A stretch of 64,000 nt of DNA. Source: Thermoanaerobaculaceae bacterium. GTDB taxonomy: Bacteria > Acidobacteriota > Thermoanaerobaculia > Multivoradales > UBA5704. Both the position numbers and the translations under genes were made by a program. Position 1 is the stretch's first letter. Each line of letters begins with the position of its first letter. The notes beneath the pieces were generated by a model, which saw only the letters and a list, made by a program, of their open reading frames with translations, was not told the origin of the DNA and made no database searches. Shown here piece after piece: positions 50,787 to 60,103 of this stretch. The DNA is taken from NCBI GenBank assembly GCA_963717295.1, contig OY970330.1, forward strand, positions 2,532,391 through 2,596,390, read 5' to 3'.

Positions 50787-51662
50787 CTAGACCCAGTACA
50801 ATGTGATCACAAACAGAAAAAACCGATACAGCCACACAATCTGGAAGAACGACAAGGAAATCACGAGAGCCACGGTTGCGCTATACCAGTAGCTGGCCTT
50901 GTAGACGCGGCGCAACATGAGGACCAGATACACCGCGATACAGACCTGGAGAAAGATCGTGATCGGGTTGTCGTTCGCCGCGATCAGAGCGGAAATGCTC
51001 GGCCCCTTGTACCAACACATCAAAAGGACCGCGACCGCCGGCACACCAATCGTCAGCAACAGGAGGATGAACGACCAGAGATGCGTCGCGATGACGGCGT
51101 GGTCCATGAAATAGCGGCGATGAGTGAAGAAGAGCCCGTAGAAGATGACCGAGTAGATCGGGATGAACAGGAAGATCAGGGTCTTTGAAAGAGTGCCGGC
51201 CTTCGCGTCGTACTTCGCCTCGAACGCGGCGAAGCTTAACTTCTCCGCCTTGAGGCGGCTCTCCACGATTCGGCCGGCAAAGCCCGGGTAATAGTCATTC
51301 CCGTGAAGCTGAACCGCAAGCGGCGTCGAGAACGTATGAACTCCAAACAGGGCGATGAAAAAGTAGTAGACGACGTTGAGGGAGACGAAAAGCGAAATCG
51401 GCTTCGCGTACCGCACTCTCCTGCCGCGGAACTGCTCCAAGCTCAGGAACCCCGGCTTGGCGACGAGGTACCATAGCGAGCGGTAGCCCTTCGAATCGAA
51501 ATGGGTCAGGAGATTGGCGACGACGTCGAAGTAGTGCCGAAGGGACCGATCCGCCGGCCCGAGCTTCTCTTCGCCGCAGTTGCTACAGAATTGGTCGAAG
51601 GATTCCGTGCCGCAGGACGGACAGATGAACGTCGAACGAGCAGGGGGTTTATCGTTGCTCAT
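50787..51662 (-). CDS. DUF3667-type zinc-ribbon membrane protein
   Basis: N-terminal CPSCG...CSNCG ribbon followed by several TM helices. GC is visibly lower than in the flanks. Confidence 0.6.
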   Translation of the reverse strand: MSNDKPPARSTFICPSCGTESFDQFCSNCGEEKLGPADRSLRHYFDVVANLLTHFDSKGYRSLWYLVAKPGFLSLEQFRGRRVRYAKPISLFVSLNVVYYFFIALFGVHTFSTPLAVQLHGNDYYPGFAGRIVESRLKAEKLSFAAFEAKYDAKAGTLSKTLIFLFIPIYSVIFYGLFFTHRRYFMDHAVIATHLWSFILLLLTIGVPAVAVLLMCWYKGPSISALIAANDNPITIFLQVCIAVYLVLMLRRVYKASYWYSATVALVISLSFFQIVWLYRFFLFVITLYWV

Positions 51663-52189
51663 CGGGCCTCAGGCTCCGATGGCGGCGAATCTCGGAGAGC
51701 CCGGTGAAACCACGCGACGTCCTGCCACTTGCCGAATTTACGGCCCACGGCCTTGAAGATCCCGATGGGCTCGAAGCCGACGCTGTGATGCAGCGCAACG
51801 CTCGCATCGTTGGGCAGGGTGATGCCCGCGTAGGCGTTGCAGAAGCCCTTGTCGGTCAAGATCTCGAACAGTCTAAAGTACAGCGCGCGACCGACCCCCT
51901 GGCGGTGATGAGTCGGATCCACGTAGGCAGAGACCTCGACGGACCAACGATAGCCAGGACGGCCCCGATGCAAGGAGCCGTACGCGTACCCGATGCAATG
52001 GCCCGCTCGCTCCGCGACGAGCCATTCCCAGCCTGCCAGGGCTTTTTCGATGCGCGCCGCGAAGTCCTCGACCGTGGGCGCGACCATTTCGAACGATGCC
52101 GCGGAATCCTCGACGAAGGGGCGGTAGATCTCCAGCAGGGCGAAAGCGTCAGCCTCCGTGGCAGACCGGATGCGAATCGATTCAGCCAT
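51659..52189 (-). CDS. GNAT acetyltransferase, phosphinothricin-acetyltransferase-like
   Basis: I trimmed to ATG 52189 (MAESIRIRSATEADA). It has the HRQGVGRALY acetyl-CoA motif and a PAT-like C-terminus (FKAVGRKFGKWQDVAWF). Confidence 0.75.
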   Translation of the reverse strand: MAESIRIRSATEADAFALLEIYRPFVEDSAASFEMVAPTVEDFAARIEKALAGWEWLVAERAGHCIGYAYGSLHRGRPGYRWSVEVSAYVDPTHHRQGVGRALYFRLFEILTDKGFCNAYAGITLPNDASVALHHSVGFEPIGIFKAVGRKFGKWQDVAWFHRALRDSPPSEPEAR

Positions 52190-52196
52190 GACGAGC

Positions 52197-52676
52197 TCAG
52201 GGTCGTTGCAATTGGGTCGAGCCCCAGGCACGGCTGGCTGCGAGGGCTATGGGCACGCCGATCAGAAACATGTGGACGAGCAGGCCGGTCACCAATGTGT
52301 CCCAGTGAGGAAAAGGCCTCGGACCGATCTTCGAGAGCGGGAGAACGACCCAGTTCATGACGACGTAGATCCCGAAGCCGTACACCGCGCCCCAGAGAAC
52401 GGGCTTGGCGACCAGGACCGGCAGATACTGGCTGGCGAAGACGTAGACCGCCGCGGCCACCAAAGCGATGAAGAAATGCAGACCGAGCCCCAGCGCCGCG
52501 GTGGAAGTGCCGCCCTCGTAAGCGCTGGGTCCCAGAAGGCCGCTGGCTACGGATTGCAGGACGCGGCTGGGGAGCACCCCCCTGCGGAGGTAGGAGAAGA
52601 CGATGGCGTAGGTGATGTCGAAGGCACCGGCGACCAGGCCGCCGAGGACGATGGACGACAGAGCGCGTCTAGGCAT
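52197..52676 (-). CDS. integral membrane protein (about 4 TM; family not recognised)
   Basis: Start at MPRRAL (52676). The sequence is hydrophobic throughout. Confidence 0.5.
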   Translation of the reverse strand: MPRRALSSIVLGGLVAGAFDITYAIVFSYLRRGVLPSRVLQSVASGLLGPSAYEGGTSTAALGLGLHFFIALVAAAVYVFASQYLPVLVAKPVLWGAVYGFGIYVVMNWVVLPLSKIGPRPFPHWDTLVTGLLVHMFLIGVPIALAASRAWGSTQLQRP

Positions 52677-52716
52677 TGAGTCAGGACCTCCTGCCACAGT
52701 CTACCGTAACCCCCCG

Positions 52717-53469
52717 CTACGAGCGCGGATGGAACTTGTCGTAAAGGGATTTCAAGCGGGCCTGATGGATGTGGGTGTAAATCTGAGTGGTCGAGATGTC
52801 GGTGTGGCCGAGCATGGTCTGCACGGCGCGCAGGTCGGCGCCGTGCTCCAGCAGGTGGGTGGCGAAGCTGTGGCGCAGCACGTGCGGAGAGAGCGGGGCG
52901 CGGATGCCCGCTTTGAGGCCGTGCGCCTTGATGATGCGCCAGAAGCCGCTGCGCGACATCGGCTCGCCGAAGCGGTTCAGGAAGACCATGGGATGGCGTC
53001 CCGTCCCCAGCGTCGGGCGCACCTCGGACATATAGCGGCGGGTCCAGTGCTCGGCCTGCTCCCCCACCGGCACCACCCGCTCCTTGTTGCCCTTGCCGAA
53101 GGCCACGAGAAAGCCGACGTCCAGGCGGAGCTGCGACAGGGTAAGCCCCACGAGCTCGCTCACCCGCAGGCCGGCGGCGTAAAGCATTTCGAACATGGCG
53201 CGGTCGCGCACGCCGATGGGCGTCGAGAGGTCCGGTGTCGCCAGCAGGGCCTCCACCTCGTCCTCGGAGAGCACCTTGGGCAGCGGCTTGTTGAGCTTGG
53301 GCGGGAGGAGGTTGACGGCCGGGTTGTCCGCCCGCTCCTTGAGCGTCACCTGGTTCTCGTAGAAGCCGCGGATGGCGGAGAGGGCGCGGGCGCTGGAGCG
53401 CGGCGAGAGGCCCTGCTGCTGGAGACCGCGCATGTGGGCCGAGAGGTCGGAGGCGGCCGCCGTCAGCAT
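52717..53469 (-). CDS. xerD: tyrosine recombinase XerD (annotated from first in-frame ATG; true N-terminus probably upstream, see findings)
   Basis: Catalytic C-terminus (RHSFATHLLEHGADLRAVQTMLGHTDISTTQIYTHI). The in-frame upstream sequence (ALDRYLESLAVERGLSQNTVASYRNDL) is clearly the XerD N-domain, but it has no ATG/GTG/TTG before the stop at 53722. Confidence 0.8.
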   Translation of the reverse strand: MLTAAASDLSAHMRGLQQQGLSPRSSARALSAIRGFYENQVTLKERADNPAVNLLPPKLNKPLPKVLSEDEVEALLATPDLSTPIGVRDRAMFEMLYAAGLRVSELVGLTLSQLRLDVGFLVAFGKGNKERVVPVGEQAEHWTRRYMSEVRPTLGTGRHPMVFLNRFGEPMSRSGFWRIIKAHGLKAGIRAPLSPHVLRHSFATHLLEHGADLRAVQTMLGHTDISTTQIYTHIHQARLKSLYDKFHPRS

Positions 53470-53611
53470 GTCGGCGCCGCCCCTTTTCGCCAGCCACTCG
53501 CCGAGGCGCGCGAGGTCGTTGCGGTAGCTGGCGACGGTGTTCTGGGAGAGGCCGCGCTCGACCGCCAGGCTTTCCAGGTAGCGGTCGAGGGCGCGGCGCC
53601 AGGGGGGACGC

Positions 53612-54874
53612 TCACGAGGCCACGGGCGTCCGCGGTCCCACGCCGTGCTCGGCGCAGATATCCAGGATCTCCGTCTCTTCGAGAGTGGCGCTCGAGGACT
53701 TCGCCTTCTGGAAGATCGCCTTCACCAGCGCCTCCGCCGGCTCGATACCCCGCTCCTTGAGCCAGTAGACGACGTTCGACTCGCCGCTCATGGGACCCAC
53801 TTCGATCATCTGACGGCTGCCGATGAGGGAGGCGGGGATCGAGGAGTAGACGCGGTCGGCCAGCCAGTCCTCGCCGCGGGCGCGGGCCTTGATGATGGCC
53901 GAGGCGTGAACGCCGGTGCCGGTGCGGAAGGCGTCCTTCCCCACCACGGGGTAGTTGTCCGGCAGGGGCACGCCCGTCGTGTCCGCCACCAGGCGGCAAT
54001 ACTCCTGGAGGCGGCTCAGGTCGCGGTCGATCCAGCCCAGGAGCTGCATGTTCACGAGCAGAATGTCGATGGGGCAGTTGCCCACCCGCTCGCCGATCCC
54101 CACGGCCGTGCCGTGCAGACGGTCCGCGCCGGCCTCGGCGGCGGCGAGGGCGTTGATCACCGAGAGCCCCCGGTCCTTGTGGCCGTGCCAGTCCACCTTC
54201 ACGTCCTCGCCGGTCGCGTCCACCACCTCACGGATGAACTTGATGAGGTGGCGCACGCCCGTGGGGGTCGCATGCCCCACGGTGTCGGCCACGCAGACCC
54301 GGCGGGCACCGGCTTCGATGGCCGTAGTGTAGAGCTGCCGCAGGTCCTCGGGGGCCGCGCGGGTGGTGTCCTCGGTGACGAACATCACCGGCAGCCCTTC
54401 CTTGACGGCGAACTCCACGGCCTCGCGGCTGAGGCGGAGCATACGGTCGAGCGTCCAGCCTTCGGCGTACTGGCGGATGGGCGAGGAGCCGATGAAGCAG
54501 GCCGCCTCAATGGCGATGCCGGTGCGCTGGGAGATCTCGGCGATGGGTTGCACGTCGGCGATCACCGTGCGGGCGGCACAGTTGGGAGCGATCTTCAGCC
54601 GCTGCTCCACGATCTCCCGCGCCAGCCGCTCCACGTCGCGCACCACGTGCGGCCCCGCGCCGGGCAGGCCGATGTTGGCCGACTCGATCCCCAGCGCCGC
54701 GATCAGGTGGAGGATCTTGAGCTTGTCCTCGATCGGCGGGTTGCGTACGGAAGGCGACTGCAAGCCGTCGCGCAGGGTCTCGTCGTCCAGCTCGACCTTG
54801 GCGCGGGCGGGCCGGATGTCCCCCTCGCCAATGCGGTTCCAGTCGTAGATCAGCTCGGATTCCGTGGGATTCAT
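53612..54874 (-). CDS. 2-isopropylmalate/homocitrate synthase-family enzyme (DRE-TIM metallolyase, short form without LeuA regulatory domain)
   Basis: DETLRDGLQS signature and WHGHKDRGL metal-binding motif. At 420 aa it has no C-terminal allosteric domain. Confidence 0.75.
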   Translation of the reverse strand: MNPTESELIYDWNRIGEGDIRPARAKVELDDETLRDGLQSPSVRNPPIEDKLKILHLIAALGIESANIGLPGAGPHVVRDVERLAREIVEQRLKIAPNCAARTVIADVQPIAEISQRTGIAIEAACFIGSSPIRQYAEGWTLDRMLRLSREAVEFAVKEGLPVMFVTEDTTRAAPEDLRQLYTTAIEAGARRVCVADTVGHATPTGVRHLIKFIREVVDATGEDVKVDWHGHKDRGLSVINALAAAEAGADRLHGTAVGIGERVGNCPIDILLVNMQLLGWIDRDLSRLQEYCRLVADTTGVPLPDNYPVVGKDAFRTGTGVHASAIIKARARGEDWLADRVYSSIPASLIGSRQMIEVGPMSGESNVVYWLKERGIEPAEALVKAIFQKAKSSSATLEETEILDICAEHGVGPRTPVAS

Positions 54875-54875
54875 C

Positions 54876-55982
54876 TCAGCGTCCTCCCGAAGCCGCCACC
54901 GCCCGCCCGGCCGCCTTGGCCAGCAGATCGCCCACCTGCGAGGTGGTCAGCGTGCCGCCGAGGTCGGGGGTGGATTGCCCCTCGCGCATGGAGCGCGCGA
55001 CGGCGTCCTCGATCGTCTTCGCGGCTTCGGCGTGGCCCAGGTAGTCGAGCATCAGCGACGCCGAAAGGATGGCGCCGACGGGGTTGGCCCTGCCGGTGCC
55101 CGCGTACTTGGGCGCCGAGCCGTGGACGGGCTCGAACATGGAGGTCTGGCCGGGGTGGAGGTTGGCCGAGCCGGCGACGCCCAGGCCGCCCTGGAGGGCC
55201 GCGCCGAGGTCGGTGATGATGTCGCCGAACATGTTGTTGGTGACGATCACGTCGAGACTCTCGGGGTGCTTGACCATCTGCATGGTCAGCGCGTCCACGA
55301 ACATGTGGCGCGACTGAATCTGGGGAAACTCCGCCGCGATCTCGGCGAAGGCCCGCTGCCAGAGGTCGTGGCCGTAGCGCATGACGTTGGACTTGTCGGC
55401 CATCAGCACCTCGCGGCGCTTGTGGTCCACGGCGTACTCGAAGGCGGCGCGGATGATGCGCTCGACTCCTTTGCGGGTATGAATCTCGTCCTGAATGGCG
55501 ATCTCGTCCGGCGTGCCCTTCTTGAAGTTGCCGCCGACGTTGACGTAGGCGCCTTCCGTGTTCTCGCGGAAGATCACCATGTCCACGTCCTTCTCCGTCC
55601 TGTCCTTGAGCGGGCAGAGGCGGGCGTCGTAGAGCTTCACGGGGCGCAGGTTGATATAGAGGTCGAGGCCGAAGCGGATGCCGAGCAGGATGTCCGCGGC
55701 GTGCTTCATGTCGGGCACGCGGGGGTCGCCATAGGCGCCGATGAAGACGGCCGAGTAGTTCTCCCGGAAGTCGTCCAGCGCTCCCTTGGGGAGGGTTTCG
55801 CCGGTGGCGAGGTAGCGGTCGGCGTCCCAGTCGAAATGGACCAGCTCCAGGGGGAGATCCCAGGATTCGGCGGCGGCTTCGAGCACCTTGACGGCCTCGG
55901 CGGTGACGTCCTTGCCCGTGCCGTCGCCGGGCAGTATCGCGATGCGTTGAGGGCGGCGTTGAGAGGGGGGAATCGAGCTCAT
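54876..55982 (-). CDS. isopropylmalate/tartrate dehydrogenase-family enzyme
   Basis: ILPGDGTGKDV, NLRPVK, NMFGDIITDLGAALQGGLG and HGSAPKYAG motifs. The gene lies 1 nt upstream of the synthase gene. Confidence 0.8.
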   Translation of the reverse strand: MSSIPPSQRRPQRIAILPGDGTGKDVTAEAVKVLEAAAESWDLPLELVHFDWDADRYLATGETLPKGALDDFRENYSAVFIGAYGDPRVPDMKHAADILLGIRFGLDLYINLRPVKLYDARLCPLKDRTEKDVDMVIFRENTEGAYVNVGGNFKKGTPDEIAIQDEIHTRKGVERIIRAAFEYAVDHKRREVLMADKSNVMRYGHDLWQRAFAEIAAEFPQIQSRHMFVDALTMQMVKHPESLDVIVTNNMFGDIITDLGAALQGGLGVAGSANLHPGQTSMFEPVHGSAPKYAGTGRANPVGAILSASLMLDYLGHAEAAKTIEDAVARSMREGQSTPDLGGTLTTSQVGDLLAKAAGRAVAASGGR

Positions 55983-55992
55983 GCCGGGGATG

Positions 55993-56832
55993 CTAGCACG
56001 ACGAACGGCGCCGCCTGACCCCGGTGCCGCGGCCCCCCGAGGAGTCCGCCGACGGCCAGCGGAAGCTCACCACCCGTCCCGCGGCCGGCTGCGCCAGGAC
56101 GGGCGCCGGCGCCACCGGCACCCGCAGCACGAGCCCCAGCTCGAAGACGAACGGGATCTCGGGGCAGAGCCACGCCGAATGCAGGGCCGGGAGCGGAGTT
56201 CCCGGAGGCAGGTCGAGCCATCGGGGCAGCACGTCCGCCCCCTCCACCTCGGCCTTGAGCGGCCACACGGGCACCGGCGGATGCTCGGTGGCGATCTTCT
56301 GTAGCTCTCCCGAGACCACGGCGTAGCCGCGGGGGCGATCCTGGAAGTAGCGTATCGCCTGATCCCACGAGCCCAGCCGCGGCCCCTCGCCGAGCATGGG
56401 CGCGGCCTCGGAGGCCCGCACCTGGAGAACGCCCTTGCGCTCCACCCGCCAGATCCACGGGCCGCCGCCGTCGAGGTCCTTGGACGGCCGTGGGAAGCTC
56501 AGCCGGGCCCACGAGGCCGGCTGATGCGTGACCAGCCGAGTCCCGGGAACCACCCAGGCCGGCATGAGCATCCGGCGGAACAGCACGGAGGGGATGCCCT
56601 CGTCGTCCAGCACGTAGAGGCGGAGATTGAGCTGCGGATAGCCGAGCCGCAGGCGCGGCAGGGCCGTGAAATGGAGGGAATCCTGATGGAAGAGGAGCGC
56701 CGAGGCGAAGACCCAGTCCCGCCCCTGCCAGGAGTGGATCTGATACCGCAACGGCCTGGGCGGCGCCGGCAGCGCCTCCGCCGGGAGCGCCCAGTTGAGA
56801 TACAGGCAGTCGCGCACCGTGGTCCGCAGCAT
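55993..56832 (-). CDS. DUF2071-family protein
   Basis: I trimmed to ATG 56832 (MLRTTVRDCLYLNWALP). I preferred this frame over the Arg/Pro/Gly-rich alternate frame 55979..57034. Confidence 0.55.
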   Translation of the reverse strand: MLRTTVRDCLYLNWALPAEALPAPPRPLRYQIHSWQGRDWVFASALLFHQDSLHFTALPRLRLGYPQLNLRLYVLDDEGIPSVLFRRMLMPAWVVPGTRLVTHQPASWARLSFPRPSKDLDGGGPWIWRVERKGVLQVRASEAAPMLGEGPRLGSWDQAIRYFQDRPRGYAVVSGELQKIATEHPPVPVWPLKAEVEGADVLPRWLDLPPGTPLPALHSAWLCPEIPFVFELGLVLRVPVAPAPVLAQPAAGRVVSFRWPSADSSGGRGTGVRRRRSSC

Positions 56833-56945
56833 CGAGTCCACCCCCTGGGGGAACGATAGCGCGGGTGGGGGCGGGGGGCAAGGGTGGGGGCGCCAAGATC
56901 TCCGCAAAGGGTTTGGAAAGCGCAGAACTTCGACGTGGCAGCCAG

Positions 56946-57010
56946 CCCCGCCCGGGCATAAATGCCAGGGCTATGAGCTGCGCCCCCTGAAGGGGACTTA
57001 GAAGCCGGAT
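56946..57010. repeat. truncated copy of family-A palindromic element
   Basis: CCCCGCCCGGGCATAAATGCCAGGGCTATGAGCTGCGCCCCCTGAAGGGGACTTAGAAGCCGGATT matches 38987..39052 at about 90% by eye. The right inverted arm is absent. It abuts the low-GC islet. Confidence 0.8.
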
Positions 57011-57083
57011 TCCGGGTGTAGCCGCACCCGCCAATACGTCATCCTTACATCACCTCCTACTGAGCCGCCCAACGCTCCTCACT

Positions 57084-58256
57084 TCACAGGTGCGGATCGT
57101 TCGGTGGAAGTGCCGGGTTCGCCGGTGAAGGTCGCCCTGTGACATGTTTCTGCATCTCTGCACCTGGCACTGCAGAAATGCTGCTGCCGACAGTAGGGGC
57201 TTGATCGACTTGCGGTTCCCTCTCATCAAAGCCCAGATTGAAGCAGGTAGCAGAACAGCGCACGGTGCCGTCCTCCTTTTTAGTCCTGGCTGCAGTGAGC
57301 TTCCAAGTCCTCTCGTCTTCGCGAGACAGCTCACATGACGGCGAACGACCAGCATAATGGGTCATTAGAGTCAGAACGCAGAAATCGCGCTTCGTCTCCT
57401 CACTGGATCGGTAGCCACGCTGGGCTTTAGAATCGGAAGAAGAAATGGTTTTAAGATTAACTACATCTCTTGACACAACTCGAGCACCCAACCTGAGTTC
57501 GAGATCTCGCCGCAACTCTGCTACAGTCTGCGGATACGGCCTATCGATTGGAGGAAGGTTTATATCTAAAGAACCCTCTGAGGTGTCAATACCAATCTCG
57601 GTCCGCTTGTAAGAAGTCTCGAAGCCCTTGGCTGCGACTGCTTCAGCGCGAATGCAGCGAATTGTGATTTGGCCCTGGTCGACCTTGATAGCGAGAGGCT
57701 TTCCAGATGAGACCTGATCTCCTGCCACAGAGCAACTGGCTGCACCCTCGAAGGTAATAGTCTTGAGTGTTATGGGGTCGCTGCCTTTTCGCCTTATTGA
57801 GAATCCGAGAAGTCGCCCGTCAAGATCACTGGCAGCGATCTCGACATTCTTCTCGGCAAGGAGTTGACACTGATTCCACGCAGTCAACGCTTCGGCCGAA
57901 AGAAGGCTGAGGCGAGAAGCCTCCATTTCCCTTCCTTGGCTGCTATCAGCCTGCTTGCGGCAGAATTCTACTCGATCCGCCTGGGAGGCGAACCAGTCAC
58001 CTGCAATCCCGATTGGCACCGGTGACTTAAGACCAACTTGGCCATTATGCGAAAACGACCAAGAATTATCAGTCTTCCTGCAGTGCTGATGAAAGATTAA
58101 ATTATTCCATTCTTTCTGTGAAATGGCGCTCCATTCGTTTCGGATTCCGTGACTCAGGAGCGCATTGCAGTGCTCTTGGGCTGCCGCCTCAAAGGGCGCC
58201 AATGCATATGTAAGCACCACAAGAGCGAGATGAACCGCAGCTCTTCGCATTTTCAT
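57084..58256 (-). CDS. orphan secreted protein in a low-GC islet
   Basis: 390 aa, GAGGGAGG RBS, signal peptide MKMRRAAVHLALVVLTYALAPFEAAAQ, several Cys residues. Codon usage and GC clearly differ from the flanks. I recognise no family. Confidence 0.6.
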   Translation of the reverse strand: MKMRRAAVHLALVVLTYALAPFEAAAQEHCNALLSHGIRNEWSAISQKEWNNLIFHQHCRKTDNSWSFSHNGQVGLKSPVPIGIAGDWFASQADRVEFCRKQADSSQGREMEASRLSLLSAEALTAWNQCQLLAEKNVEIAASDLDGRLLGFSIRRKGSDPITLKTITFEGAASCSVAGDQVSSGKPLAIKVDQGQITIRCIRAEAVAAKGFETSYKRTEIGIDTSEGSLDINLPPIDRPYPQTVAELRRDLELRLGARVVSRDVVNLKTISSSDSKAQRGYRSSEETKRDFCVLTLMTHYAGRSPSCELSREDERTWKLTAARTKKEDGTVRCSATCFNLGFDEREPQVDQAPTVGSSISAVPGAEMQKHVTGRPSPANPALPPNDPHL

Positions 58257-58748
58257 GTTTGTGCCTCCCTCGATTTTATGTATACCTGGTTAGGACTGAC
58301 GGCGAATCTCAAGATCAACTGTATCCGGCTGTTCGTCAAACGCCTTCCCGACAGTCGCTACTCGTGCTCAGACTATCGGCGGAAAGATGTATGCCATTAA
58401 TTCTATGAAACATATATACGCTACACCGGTTCCCTACTCCTCGTCAATATCGGTGTACTGCCGGGTTGGGAGCCTGTCGCGCGGAATCGTCCCAAGATAA
58501 CCAGACCGGCTTCCGGTGGCCTATCCTTCCTCTGCCGAAGCAGACTACCGCTGCTGGAACTCCGGCGGTCTCAAGAGCATGCCGACCACTTCCTGGGCCG
58601 GCATCGGCGCGCCTTGCCGCCCGTCTTGGCAGCGGCGGCGAGCAGGCCGAGGATCGCGACGTCCTGATCCGCGTTTCCCTTCGGACAGCAGGAGCGGCGG
58701 GTAGACCTGCATCGCCTCCTGCCAGGACCGCGGCGGCCGGGGTACGGG

Positions 58749-59426
58749 CTATGCCCAGGACAGGCCCCCAGGGAGTTGTGCAGCACTATATTCAAAGTGC
58801 AGGACTCTCCGCCTGCCAGGAGTCACAGCCGGGCTGGACGCATGAAGAAGAAGTGGGCTCATCAGCATCGCCGCACCGGCCGACACGGCGCAAAGCGTTT
58901 CGGTTAGCTCTCCGCGGAGCGAAGCGATCGTCGACTCCGAAAGCCGGCCGAGCCTGTGGGTTCCAGGAAGCACTCGCAGGGCCCCGTTGGTGGGTGGCGT
59001 GTCGTCGAGGTGCAGCCGGATGGCCAGGATGGTTCCGAGAATGGAGACCGGGGATTGAACGTACGGCACTCCATCCTTGACGGTCCACGGCCCAAATCCC
59101 TCGACTCCCTGGCGGTGGGTCACGGCGATCGTGAGATCCTGGTGCCAGGGAACCTTCCAGTTCGCCTGCGGTGTCTTGTCGAACACCGTCAGCTTGATTG
59201 GCCTTGCAGCAGGACCGAGGAACTTTTCGGCTAGCCGAGCGGGCTCGCCCGTGGTTGCCAGCTTGCAGAGCTTCGCGGACTTGCCAAGTACGTTGCGGAC
59301 GCCGGCACCGCCAGGCGCGGCCGCGAGAAGCTTATCGACCTCAGCCCTGAGCTCGACCAGATCAGAGTCGGGCACCAACTGGTCGACAATGGCGAATCCG
59401 AAGATCCCGAGGTCTTCGTGCAGCAT
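58749..59426 (-). CDS. phytanoyl-CoA dioxygenase (PhyH) family Fe(II)/2-oxoglutarate oxygenase
   Basis: VPWHQDL (HxD) and LRVLPGTHRLG (distal His), with RRRVLHFEY near the C-terminus. Confidence 0.75.
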   Translation of the reverse strand: MLHEDLGIFGFAIVDQLVPDSDLVELRAEVDKLLAAAPGGAGVRNVLGKSAKLCKLATTGEPARLAEKFLGPAARPIKLTVFDKTPQANWKVPWHQDLTIAVTHRQGVEGFGPWTVKDGVPYVQSPVSILGTILAIRLHLDDTPPTNGALRVLPGTHRLGRLSESTIASLRGELTETLCAVSAGAAMLMSPLLLHASSPAVTPGRRRVLHFEYSAAQLPGGLSWA

Positions 59427-59581
59427 CTTGGAATCAGCTCCACAATTCAGGTACCGTCCCTGATCCTACTACCCTCCAACCGCCGGCCGCGCTCCTCACG
59501 CGGTAGCCGGTCAGTTCCAATGCCTTGTTAGGCCGCAGCGCGCGGGAGGCAGTTGATGACTCGCGACGACGTTGGTGTTAC

Positions 59582-59838
59582 GCCGGCCCAAGGGGCCGTG
59601 ATTCCTAAGCCCAGGCCAACGGCCTGGGTTTGGAGATGATCCGCAGATGCGGCCTGAAGGGTCGCGATACCCCATCGACGTCGAGTCGTCCGCTATGACG
59701 AGCAGTAGATCTGGGATGAGGCAGAGGTCCGTGGTGCGGGGGCCAATTATCGCGCCCCGTTGGGGCGCCCTGTCCGGTAAGGGCCTGCATACCCAGGCCG
59801 TTGGCCTGGGCTGAGGGATCACGGGCCCTTGGCCCGGC
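59582..59838. mobile_element. MITE-like element: 48-bp imperfect terminal inverted repeats around a 161-bp core
   Basis: 59582..59629 matches the reverse complement of 59791..59838 at 44 of 48 positions. Each arm contains a CCCAGGCC(A/G)(A/T)(C/T)GGCCTGGG hairpin. There is no internal ORF. Confidence 0.65.
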
Positions 59839-60103
59839 TTGGCGGTCAGGTTGTCCCATGACGTAGGCATCGAAGAGAGGGGATCGAAGGGAGAGGAGAA
59901 TGTCAAAGGTGCTTGCTGACAGGCTTGATCACCACCCGACTCCCCCAGCAGGATACGTCACCGTACTTACGGTGGGGACTACTAAGGGGTGGAGACATCG
60001 TAGAGGCGCTCCTTCCGCTGGAAATTGCCGCAAGGAACGGGCGAGGGGCCAGGCGCGCCGCCGGCGCACGAACGACATAGAATTCCTGAAGAAAGGTGCT
60101 TCC

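Noticed and set aside
55979-57034. 351-aa alternate-frame ORF over the DUF2071 gene
   Set aside because: The translation is a Gly/Ala/Pro/Arg low-complexity string, while the 55993..56832 frame gives a normal globular composition.
58466-59080. 204-aa plus-strand ORF across the PhyH gene and upstream spacer
   Set aside because: The translation is Arg/Ala/Gly/Pro-rich and lies antisense to the clear PhyH gene. The 58257..58748 spacer shows no convincing ORF in any frame.
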